Below, one piece after another: positions 10,180 to 23,039 of a DNA stretch of 64,000 nt; the first letter of the stretch is position 1; every line of letters starts with the position of its first letter. Below the pieces are notes generated by a model, which saw only the letters and a list, made by a program, of their open reading frames with translations, was not told where the DNA came from and made no database searches. The position numbers and the translations under genes were made by a program. Source of the stretch: Auanema rhodensis (lineage: Eukaryota; Animalia; Nematoda); assembly GCA_964057225.1 (NCBI GenBank), contig OZ059894.1, positions 20,274,001 to 20,338,000 on the forward strand. The letters are read 5' to 3'.

Positions 10180-12987
10180 ACTTATATCATTTGATATCTC
10201 GGTGCATTTTTAAGCTAGCGCAAATCTGATAACACAGATCGACGTAGCTTAAAAATCCGCATCGAATGCACTATACTACATTGAGAAACGCTCAATACAA
10301 AAATTAGTTATGATCGTTTGAAAAATGATGCATTAGTGTATGTTGAGTTTCCATGTACACTCAACATTGCTTCCAAAAACATTTTGACAAAAATTTTTTC
10401 AAAAAATTTCAAAATAAATTAGCAAAAAGTAGATGTTTTTAGATTCCTTTTTTCAAGGCAAAGACGATGGACAATGTTATTCAACGAAAAAATTAATTCT
10501 TCAGGGTGAAAATCGAGGATATAAGTGTGAACTTATATCAGTTGATATCTCGGTGCATTTTCAAGCTAGCGCAAATCTGATAACACAGATCGGCGCAGCT
10601 TAAAAATCCGCATCGAATGCACTATACTACATTGAGAAACGCTTAATACAAAAATTAGTTATGATCGTTTGAAAAATGATGCATTAGTGTATGTTGAGTT
10701 TCCATGTACACTCAACATTGCTTCCAAAAACATTTTGACAAAAATTTTTTCGAAAAATTTCAAAATAATTCAGCAAAAAGTAGATGTTTTTAGATTCCTT
10801 TTTTCAAGGCAAAGACGATGGACAATGTTATTCAACGAAAAAATTAATTCTTCAGGGTGAAAATCGAGGATATAAGTGTGAACTTATATCAGTTGATATC
10901 TCGGTGCATTTTTGAGCTAGCGCAAATCTGATAACACAGATCGACGCAGCTTAAAAATCCGCATCGAATGCACTATACTACATTGAGAAACGCTCAATAC
11001 AAAAATTAGTTATGATCGTTTGAAAAATGATGCATTAGTGTATGTTGAGTTTCCATGTACACTCAACATTGCTTCCAAAAACATTTTGACAAAAATTTTT
11101 TCAAAAAATTTCAAAATAAATTAGCAAAAAGTAGATGTTTTTAGATTCCTTTTTTCAAGGCAAAGACGATGGACAATGTTATTCAACGAAAAAATTAATT
11201 CTTCAGGGTGAAAATCGAGGATATAAGTGTGAACTTATATCATTTGATATCTCGGTGCATTTTTAAGCTAGCGCAAATCTGATAACACAGATCGACGTAG
11301 CTTAAAAATCCGCATCGAATGCACTATACTACATTGAGAAACGCTTAATACAAAAATTAGTTATGATCGTTTGGAAAATGATGCATTAGTGTATGTTGAG
11401 TTTCCATGTACACTCAACATTGCTTCCAAAAACATTTTGACAAAAATTTTTTCGAAAAATTTCAAAATAATTTAGCAAAAAGTAGATGTTTTTAGATTCC
11501 TTTTTTCAAGGCAAAGACGATGGACAATGTTATTCAACGAAAAAATTAATTCTTCAGGGTGAAAATCGAGGATATAAGTGTGAACTTATATCAGTTGATA
11601 TCTCGGTGCATTTTCAAGCTAGCGCAAATCTGATAACACAGATCGGCGCAGCTTGAAAATCCGCATCGAATGCACTATACTACATTGAGAAACGCTTAAT
11701 ACAAAAATTAGTTATGATCGTTTGAAAAATGATGCATTAGTGTATGTTGAGTTTCCATGTACACTCAACATTGCTTCCAAAAACATTTTGACAAAAATTT
11801 TTTCGAAAAATTTCAAAATAATTCAGCAAAAAGTAGATGTTTTTAGATTCCTTTTTTCAAGGCAAAGACGATGGACAATGTTATTCAACGAAAAAATTAA
11901 TTCTTCAGGGTGAAAATCGAGGATATAAGTGTGAACTTATATCAGTTGATATCTCGGTGCATTTTTGAGCTAGCGCAAATCTGATAACACAGATCGACGC
12001 AGCTTAAAAATCCGCATCGAATGCACTATACTACATTGAGAAACGCTCAATACAAAAATTAGTTATGATCGTTTGAAAAATGATGCATTAGTGTATGTTG
12101 AGTTTCCATGTACACTCAACATTGCTTCCAAAAACATTTTGACAAAAATTTTTTCAAAAAATTTCAAAATAAATTAGCAAAAAGTAGATGTTTTTAGATT
12201 CCTTTTTTCAAGGCAAAGACGATGGACAATGTTATTCAACGAAAAAATTAATTCTTCAGGGTGAAAATCGAGGATATAAGTGTGAACTTATATCATTTGA
12301 TATCTCGGTGCATTTTTAAGCTAGCGCAAATCTGATAACACAGATCGACGTAGCTTAAAAATCCGCATCGAATGCACTATACTACATTGAGAAACGCTTA
12401 ATACAAAAATTAGTTATGATCGTTTGGAAAATGATGCATTAGTGTATGTTGAGTTTCCATGTACACTCAACATTGCTTCCAAAAACATTTTGACAAAAAT
12501 TTTTTCGAAAAATTTCAAAATAATTTAGCAAAAAGTAGATGTTTTTAGATTCCTTTTTTCAAGGCAAAGACGATGGACAATGTTATTCAACGAAAAAATT
12601 AATTCTTCAGGGTGAAAATCGAGGATATAAGTGTGAACTTATATCAGTTGATATCTCGGTGCATTTTCAAGCTAGCGCAAATCTGATAACACAGATCGGC
12701 GCAGCTTAAAAATCCGCATCGAATGCACTATACTACATTGAGAAACGCTTAATACAAAAATTAGTTATGATCGTTTGAAAAATGATGCATTAGTGTATGT
12801 TGAGTTTCCATGTACACTCAACATTGCTTCCAAAAACATTTTGACAAAAATTTTTTCGAAAAATTTCAAAATAATTTAGCAAAAAGTAGATGTTTTTAGA
12901 TTCCTTTTTTCAAGGCAAAGACGATGGACAATGTTATTCAACGAAAAAATTAATTCTTCAGGGTGAAAATCGAGGATATAAGTGTGA
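10180..12987. repeat. Higher-order repeat: trimer (1053 bp) x about 2.7 (m30-37)
   Basis: ATCATTTG+GACGTAG copies at 10180, 11233 and 12286; GATCGGCGC copies at 10531, 11584 and 12637; TTTGAGC copies at 10882 and 11935. Confidence 0.87.
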
Positions 12988-15900
12988 ACTTATATCAGTT
13001 GATATCTCGGTGCATTTTTAAGCTAGCGCAAATCTGATAACACAGATCGACGCAGCTTAAAAATCCGCATCGAATGCACTATACTACATTGAGAAACGCT
13101 CAATACAAAAATTAGTTATGATCGTTTGAAAAATGATGCATTAGTGTATGTTGAGTTTCCATGTACACTCAACATTGCTTCCAAAAACATTTTGACAAAA
13201 ATTTTTTCAAAAAATTTCAAAATAAATTAGCAAAAAGTAGATGTTTTTAGATTCCTTTTTTCAAGGCAAAGACGATGGACAATGTTATTCAACGAAAAAA
13301 TTAATTCTTCAGGGTGAAAATCGAGGATATAAGTGTGAACTTATATCAGTTGATATCTCGGTGCATTTTCAAGCTAGCGCAAATCCGATAACACAGATCG
13401 ACGCAGCTTAAAAATCCGCATCGAATGCACTATACTACATTGAGAAACGCTTAATACAAAAATTAGTTATGATCGTTTGGAAAATGATGCATTAGTGTAT
13501 GTTGAGTTTCCATGTACACTCAACATTGCTTCCAAAAACATTTTGACAAAAATTTTTTCGAAAAATTTCAAAATAATTTAGCAAAAAGTAGATGTTTTTA
13601 GATTCCTTTTTTCAAGGCAAAGACGATGGACAATGTTATTCAACGAAAAAATTAATTCTTCAGGGTGAAAATCGAGGATATAAGTGTGAACTTATATCAG
13701 TTGATATCTCGGTGCATTTTTAAGCTAGCGCAAATCTGATAACACAGATCGACGCAGCTTAAAAATCCGCATCGAATGCACTATACTACATTGAGAAACG
13801 CTCAATACAAAAATTAGTTATGATCGTTTGAAAAATGATGCATTAGTGTATGTTGAGTTTCCATGTACACTCAACATTGCTTCCAAAAACATTTTGACAA
13901 AAATTTTTTCGAAAAATTTCAAAATAATTTAGCAAAAAGTAGATGTTTTTAGATTCCTTTTTTCAAGGCAAAGACGATGGACAATGTTATTCAACGAAAA
14001 AATTAATTCTTCAGGGTGAAAATCGAGGATATAAGTGTGAACTTATATCAGTTGATATCTCGGTGCATTTTTAAGCTAGCGCAAATCTGATAACACAGAT
14101 CGACGCAGCTTAAAAATCCGCATCGAATGCACTATACTACATTGAGAAACGCTCAATACAAAAATTAGTTATGATCGTTTGAAAAATGATGCATTAGTGT
14201 ATGTTGAGTTTCCATGTACACTCAACATTGCTTCCAAAAACATTTTGACAAAAATTTTTTCAAAAAATTTCAAAATAAATTAGCAAAAAGTAGATGTTTT
14301 TAGATTCCTTTTTTCAAGGCAAAGACGATGGACAATGTTATTCAACGAAAAAATTAATTCTTCAGGGTGAAAATCGAGGATATAAGTGTGAACTTATATC
14401 AGTTGATATCTCGGTGCATTTTTAAGCTAGCGCAAATCTGATAACACAGATCGACGCAGCTTAAAAATTCGCATCGAATGCACTATACTACATTGAGAAA
14501 CGCTTAATACAAAAATTAGTTATGATCGTTTGAAAAATGATGCATTAGTGTATGTTGAGTTTCCATGTACACTCAACATTGCTTCCAAAAACATTTTGAC
14601 AAAAATTTTTTCGAAAAATTTCAAAATAATTTAGCAAAAAGTAGATGTTTTTAGATTCCTTTTTTCAAGGCAAAGACGATGGACAATGTTATTCAACGAA
14701 AAAATTAATTCTTCAGGGTGAAAATCGAGGATATAAGTGTGAACTTATATCAGTTGATATCTCGGTGCATTTTTAAGCTAGCGCAAATCTGATAACACAG
14801 ATCGACGCAGCTTAAAAATCCGCATCGAATGCACTATACTACATTGAGAAACGCTTAATACAAAAATTAGTTATGATCGTTTGAAAAATGATGCATTAGT
14901 GTATGTTGAGTTTCCATGTACACTCAACATTGCTTCCAAAAACATTTTGACAAAAATTTTTTCGAAAAATTTCAAAATAATTTAGCAAAAAGTAGATGTT
15001 TTTAGATTCCTTTTTTCAAGGCAAAGACGATGGACAATGTTATTCAACGAAAAAATTAATTCTTGAGGGTGAAAATCGAGGATATAAGTGTTAACTTATA
15101 TCAGTTGATATCTCGGTGCATTTTTAAGCTAGCGCAAATCTGATAACACAGATCGACGCAGCTTAAAAATCCGCATCGAATGCACTATACTACATTGAGA
15201 AACGCTTAATACAAAAATTAGTTATGATCGTTTGAAAAATGATGCATTAGTGTATGTTGAGTTTCCATGTACACTCAACATTGCTTCCAAAAACATTTTG
15301 ACAAAAATTTTTTCGAAAAATTTCAAAATAATTTAGCAAAAAGTAGATGTTTTTAGATTCCTTTTTTCAAGGCAAAGACGATGGACAATGTTATTCAACG
15401 AAAAAATTAATTCTTGAGGGTGAAAATCGAGGATATAAGTGTGAACTTATATCAGTTGATATCTCGGTGCATTTTCAAGCTAGCGCAAATCTGATAACAC
15501 AGATCGACGCAGCTTAAAAATCCGCATCGAATGCACTATACTACATTGAGAAACGCTTAATACAAAAATTAGTTATGATCGTTTGAAAAATGATGCATTA
15601 GTGTATGTTGAGTTTCCATGTACACTCAACATTGCTTCCAAAAACATTTTGACAAAAATTTTTTCGAAAAATTTCAGAATAATTTAGCGAAAAGTAGCTG
15701 TTTTTAGATTTCTTTTTTCAAGGCAAAGACGATGGACAATGTTATTCAACGAAAAAATTAATTCTTCAGGGTGAAAATCGAGGATATAAGTGTGAACTTA
15801 TATCAGTTGCTATCTCGGTGCATTTTTAAGCTAGCGCAAATCTGATAACACAGATCGACGCAGCTTAAAAATCCGCATCGAATGCACTATACCACATTGA

Positions 15901-18243
15901 GAAACGCTTAATACAAAAATTAGTTATGATCGTTTGAAAAATGATGCATTAGTGTATGTTGAGTTTCCATGTACACTCAACATTGCTTCCAAAAACATTT
16001 TGACAAAAATTTTTTCGAAAAATTTCGAAATAAATTAGCAAAAAGTAGATGTTTTTAGATTCCTTTTTTCAAGGCAAAGACGATGGACAATGTTATTCAA
16101 CGAAAAAATTAATTCTTCAGGGTGAAAATCGAGGATATAAGTGTGAACTTATATCAGTTGATATCTCGGTGCATTTTTAAGCTAGCGCAAATCTGATAAC
16201 ACAGATCGACGCAGCTTAAAAATCCGCATCGAATGCACTATACTACATTGAGAAACGCTTAATACAAAAATTAGTTATGATCGTTTGAAAAATGATGCAT
16301 TAGTGTATGTTGAGTTTCCATGTACACTCAACATTGCTTCCAAAAACATTTTGACAAAAATTTTTTCGAAAAATTTCAAAATAATTTAGCAAAAAGTAGA
16401 TGTTTTTAGATTCCTTTTTTCAAGGCAAAGACGATGGACAATGTTATTCAACGAAAAAATTAATTCTTGAGGGTGAAAATCGAGGATATAAGTGTGAACT
16501 TATATCAGTTGATATCTCGGTGCATTTTTAAGCTAGCGCAAATCTGATAACACAGATCGACGCAGCTTAAAAATCCGCATCGAACTACATTGAGAAACGC
16601 TTAATACAAAAATTAGTTATGATCGTTTGAAAAATGATGCATTAGTGTATGTTGAGTTTCCATGTACACTCAACATTGCTTCCAAAAACATTTTGACAAA
16701 AATTTTTTCGAAAAATTTCAAAATAATTTAGCAAAAAGTAGATGTTTTTAGATTCCTTTTTTCAAGGCAAAGACGATGGACAATGTTATTCAACGAAAAA
16801 ATTAATTCTTGAGGGTGAAAATCGAGGATATAAGTGTTAACTTATATCAGTTGATATCTCGGTGCATTTTTAAGCTAGCGCAAATCTGATAACCCAGATC
16901 GACGCAGCTTAAAAATCCGCATCGAATGCACTATACTACATTGAGAAACGCTTAATACAAAAATTAGTTATGATCGTTTGAAAAATGATGCATTAGTGTA
17001 TGTTGAGTTTCCATGTACACTCAACATTGCTTCCAAAAACATTTTGACAAAAATTTTTTCGAAAAATTTCAAAATAATTTAGCAAAAAGTAGATGTTTTT
17101 AGATTCCTTTTTTCAAGGCAAAGACGATAGACAATGTTATTCAACGAAAAAATTAATTCTTGAGGGTGAAAATCGAGGATATAAGTGTGAACTTATATCA
17201 GTTGATATCTCGGTGCATTTTTAAGCTAGCGCAAATCTGATAACACAGATCGACGCAGCTTAAAAATCCACATCGAATGCACTATACTACATTGAGAAAC
17301 GCTTAATACAAAAATTAGTTATGATCGTTTGAAAAATGATGCATTAGTGTATGTTGAGTTTCCATGTACACTCAACATTGCTTCCAAAAACATTTTGACA
17401 AAAACTTTTTCGAAAAATTTCAAAATAATTTAGCAAAAAGTAGATGTTTTTAGATTCCTTTTTTCAAGGCAAAGACGATGGACAATGTTATTCAACGAAA
17501 AAATTAATTCTTGAGGGTGAAAATCGAGGATATAAGTGTTAACTTATATCAGTTGATATCTCGGTGCATTTTTAAGCTAGCGCAAATCTGATAACACAGA
17601 TCGACGCAGCTTAAAAATCCGCATCGAATGCACTATACTACATTGAGAAACGCTTAATACAAAAATTAGTTATGATCGTTTGAAAAATGATGCATTAGTG
17701 TATGTTGAGTTTCCATGTACACTCAACATTGCTTCCAAAAACATTTTGACAAAAATTTTTTCGAAAAATTTCAAAATAATTTAGCAAAAAGTAGATGTTT
17801 TTAGATTCCTTTTTTCAAGGCAAAGACGATGGACAATGTTATTCAACGAAAAAATTAATTCTTGAGGGTGAAAATCGAGGATATAAGTGTTAACTTATAT
17901 CAGTTGATATCTCGGTGCATTTTTAAGCTAGCGCAAATCTGATAACACAGATCGACGCAGCTTAAAAATCCGCATCGAATGCACTATACTACATTGAGAA
18001 ACGCTTAATACAAAAATTAGTTATGATCGTTTGAAAAATGATGCATTAGTGTATGTTGAGTTTCCATGTACACTCAACATTGCTTCCAAAAACATTTTGA
18101 CAAAAATTTTTTCGAAAAATTTCAAAATAATTTAGCAAAAAGTAGATGTTTTTAGATTCCTTTTTTCAAGGCAAAGACGATGGACAATGTTATTCAACGA
18201 AAAAATTAATTCTTGAGGGTGAAAATCGAGGATATAAGTGTGA

Positions 18244-21200
18244 ACTTATATCAGTTGATATCTCGGTGCATTTTTAAGCTAGCGCAAATCTGATAACACA
18301 GATCGACGCAGCTTAAAAATCCGCATCGAATGCACTATACTACATTGAGAAACGCTTAATACAAAAATTAGTTATGATCGTTTGAAAAATGATGCATTAG
18401 TGTATGTTGAGTTTCCATGTACACTCAACATTGCTTCCAAAAACATTTTGACAAAAATTTTTTCGAAAAATTTCAAAATAATTTAGCAAAAAGTAGATGT
18501 TTTTAGATTCCTTTTTTCAAGGCAAAGACGATGGACAATGTTATTCAACGAAAAAATTAATTCTTGAGGGTGAAAATCGAGGATATAAGTGTGAACTTAT
18601 ATCAGTTGATATCTCGGTGCATTTTCAAGCTAGCGCAAATCTGATAACACAGATCGACGCAGCTTAAAAATCCGCATCGAATGCACTATACTACATTGAG
18701 AAACGCTTAATACAAAAATTAGTTATGATCGTTTGAAAAATGATGCATTAGTGTATGTTGAGTTTCCATGTACACTCAACATTGCTTCCAAAAACATTTT
18801 GACAAAAATTTTTTCGAAAAATTTCAGAATAATTTAGCAAAAAGTAGATGTTTTTAGATTCCTTTTTTCAAGGCAAAGACGATGGACAATGTTATTCAAC
18901 GAAAAAATTAATTCTTCAGGGTGAAAATCGAGGATATAAGTGTGAACTTATATCAGTTGATATCTCGGTGCATTTTTAAGCTAGCGCAAATCTGATAACA
19001 CAGATCGACGCAGCTTAAAAATCCGCATCGAATGCACTATACTACATTGAGAAACGCTTAATACAAAAATTAGTTATGATCGTTTGAAAAATGATGCATT
19101 AGTGTATGTTGAGTTTCCATGTACACTCAACATTGCTTCCAAAAACATTTTGACAAAAATTTTTTCGAAAAATTTCAAAATAATTTAGCAAAAAGTAAAT
19201 GTTTTTAGATTCCTTTTTTCAAGGCAAAGACGATGGACAATGTTATTCAACGAAAAAATTAATTCTTCAGGGTGAAAATCGAGGATATAAGTGTGAACTT
19301 ATATCAGTTGATATCTCGGTGCATTTTTAAGCTAGCGCAAATCTGATAACACAGATCGACGCAGCTTAAAAATCCGCATCGAATGCACTATACTACATTG
19401 AGAAACGCTTAATACAAAAATTAGTTATGATCGTTTGAAAAATGATGCATTAGTGTATGTTGAGTTTCCATGTACACTCAACATTGCTTCCAAAAACATT
19501 TTGACAAAAATTTTTTCGAAAAATTTCAGAATAATTTAGCAAAAAGTAGATGTTTTTAGATTCCTTTTTTCAAGGCAAAGACGATGGACAATGTTATTCA
19601 ACGAAAAAATTAATTCGTCAGGGTGAAAATCGAGGATATAAGTGTGAACTTATATCAGTTGATATCTCGGTGCATTTTTAAGCTAGCGCAAATCTGATAA
19701 CACAGATCGACGCAGCTTAAAAATCCGCATCGAATGCACTATACTACATTGAGAAACGCTTAATACAAAAATTAGTTATGATCGTTTGAAAAATGATGCA
19801 TTAGTGTATGTTGAGTTTCCATGTACACTCAACATTGCTTCCAAAAACATTTTTCGAAAAATTTTTTCGAAAAATTTCAAAATAATTTAGCAAAAAGTAG
19901 ATGTTTTTAGATTCCTTTTTTCAAGGCAAAGACGATGGACAATGTTATTCAACGAAAAAATTAATTCTTCAGGGTGAAAATCGAGGATATAAGTGTGAAC
20001 TTATATCAGTTGATATCTCGGTGCATTTTTAAGCTAGCGCAAATCTGATAACACAGATCGACGCAGCTTAAAAATCCGCATCGAATGCACTATACTACAT
20101 TGAGAAACGCTTAATACAAAAATTAGTTATGATCGTTTGAAAAATGATGCATTAGTGTATGTTGAGTTTCCATGTACACTCAACATTGCTTCCAAAAACA
20201 TTTTGACAAAAATTTTTTCGAAAAATTTCAAAATAATTTAGCAAAAAGTAGATGTTTTTAGATTCCTTTTTTCAAGGCAAAGACGATGGACAATGTTATT
20301 CAACGAAAAAATTAATTCTTGAGGGTGAAAATCGAGGATATAAGTGTGAACTTATATCAGTTGATATCTCGGTGCATTTTCAAGCTAGCGCAAATCTGAT
20401 AACACAGATCGACGCAGCTTAAAAATCCGCATCGAATGCACTATACTACATTGAGAAACGCTTAATACAAAAATTAGTTATGATCGTTTGAAAAATGATG
20501 CATTAGTGTATGTTGAGTTTCCATGTACACTCAACATTGCTTCCAAAAACATTTTGACAAAAATTTTTTCGAAAAATTTCAGAATAATTTAGCAAAAAGT
20601 AGATGTTTTTAGATTCCTTTTTTCAAGGCAAAGACGATGGACAATGTTATTCAACGAAAAAATTAATTCTTCAGGGTGAAAATCGAGGATATAAGTGTGA
20701 ACTTATATCAGTTGATATCTCGGTGCATTTTTAAGCTAGCGCAAATCTGATAACATAGATCGACGCAGCTTAAAAATCCGCATCGAATGCACTATACTAC
20801 ATTGAGAAACGCTTAATACAAAAATTAGTTATGATCGTTTGAAAAATGATGCATTAGTGTATGTTGAGTTTCCATGTACACTCAACATTGCTTCCAAAAA
20901 CATTTTGACAAAAATTTTTTCGAAAAATTTCAAAATAATTTAGCAAAAAGTAGATGTTTTTAGATTCCTTTTTTCAAGGCAAAGACGATGGACAATGTTA
21001 TTCAACGAAAAAATTAATTCTTCAGGGTGAAAATCGAGGATATAAGTGTGAACTTATATCAGTTGATATCTCGGTGCATTTTTAAGCTAGCGCAAATCTG
21101 ATAACACAGATCGACGCAGCTTAAAAATCCGCATCGAATGCACTATACTACATTGAGAAACGCTTAATACAAAAATTAGTTATGATCGTTTGAAAAATGA

Positions 21201-21753
21201 TGCATTAGTGTATGTTGAGTTTCCATGTACACTCAACATTGCTTCCAAAAACATTTTGACAAAAATTTTTTCGAAAAATTTCAGAATAATTTAGCAAAAA
21301 GTAGATGTTTTTAGATTCCTTTTTTCAAGGCAAAGACGATGGACAATGTTATTCAACGAAAAAATTAATTCGTCAGGGTGAAAATCGAGGATATAAGTGT
21401 GAACTTATATCAGTTGATATCTCGGTGCATTTTTAAGCTAGCGCAAATCTGATAACACAGATCGACGCAGCTTAAAAATCCGCATCGAATGCACTATACT
21501 ACATTGAGAAACGCTTAATACAAAAATTAGTTATGATCGTTTGAAAAATGATGCATTAGTGTATGTTGAGTTTCCATGTACACTCAACATTGCTTCCAAA
21601 AACATTTTGACAAAAATTTTTTCGAAAAATTTCAAAATAATTTAGCAAAAAGTAGATGTTTTTAGATTCCTTTTTTCAAGGCAAAGACGATGGACAATGT
21701 TATTCAACGAAAAAATTAATTCTTCAGGGTGAAAATCGAGGATATAAGTGTGA
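18244..21753. repeat. Higher-order repeat: 5-monomer unit (1755 bp) x2 (m53-57, m58-62)
   Basis: The 323G copy, 32C+233G copy and TTCGTCAGG copy (19617, 21372) recur at a 1755 offset. The two units differ by three private events. Confidence 0.78.
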
Positions 21754-23039
21754 ACTTATATCAGTTGATATCTCGGTGCATTTTCAAGCTAGCGCAAATC
21801 TGATAACACAGATCGACGCAGCTTAAAAATCCGCATCGAATGCACTATACTACATTGAAAAACGCTTAATACAAAAATTAGTTATGATCGTTTCAAAAAT
21901 GATGCATTAAATGTTGAGTTTCCATGTACACTCAACATTGCTTCCAAAAACATTTTGACAAAAATTTTTTCGAAAAATTTCAGAATAAATTAGCAAAAAG
22001 TAGATGTTTTTAGATTCCTTTTTTCAAGGCAAAGACGATGGACAATGTTATTCAACGAAAAAATTAATTCTTCAGAGTGAAAATCGAGGATATAAGTGTG
22101 AACTTATATCAGTTGATATCTCGGTGCATTTTTAAGCTAGCGCAAATCTGATAACACAGATCGACGCAGCTTAAAAATCCGCATCGAATGCACTATACTA
22201 CATTGAGAAACGCTTAATACAAAAATTAGTTATAATCGTTTGAAAAATGATGCATTAGTGTATGTTGAGTTTCCATGTACACTCAACATTGCTTCCAAAA
22301 ACATTTTGACAAAAATTTTTTCGAAAAATTTCAGAATAATTTAGCGAAAAGTAGCTGTTTTTAGATTCCTTTTTTCAAGGCAAAGACGATGGACAATGTT
22401 ATTCAACGAAAAAATTAATTCTTCAGGGTGAAAATCGAGGATATAAGTGTGAACTTATATCAGTTGATATCTCGGTGCATTTTTAAGCTAGCGCAAATCT
22501 GATAACACAGATCGACGCAGCTTAAAAATCCGCATCGAATGCACTATACTACATTGAGAAACGCTTAATACAAAAATTAGTTATGATCGTTTGAAAAATG
22601 ATGCATTAGTGTATGTTGAGTTTCCATGTACACTCAACATTGCTTCCAAAAACAGTTTGACAAAAATTTTTTCGAAAAATTTCAAAATAATTTAGCAAAA
22701 AGTAGATGTTTTTAGATTCCTTTTTTCAAGGCAAAGACGATGGACAATGTTATTCAACGAAAAAATTAATTCTTGAGGGTGAAAATCGAGGATATAAGTG
22801 TGAACTTATATCAGTTGATATCTCGGTGCATTTTCAAGCTAGCGCAAATCTGATAACACAGATCGACGCAGCTTAAAAATCCGCATCGAATGCACTATAC
22901 TACATTGAGAAACGCTTAATACAAAAATTAGTTATGATCGTTTGGAAAATGATGCATTAGTGTATGTTGAGTTTCCATGTACACTCAACATTGCTTCCAA
23001 AAACATTTTGACAAAAATTTTTTCGAAAAATTTCAAAAT

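Noticed and set aside
6808-11913. Four identical 63-aa ORFs (MKNDALVYVEF...)
   Set aside because: They start at TTG and exist only in m20, m22, m31 and m34, where T241>C turns TAG into CAG. The other copies have the stop. The sequence is K/F/N/I-rich as expected from AT-rich DNA, and I recognise no domain.
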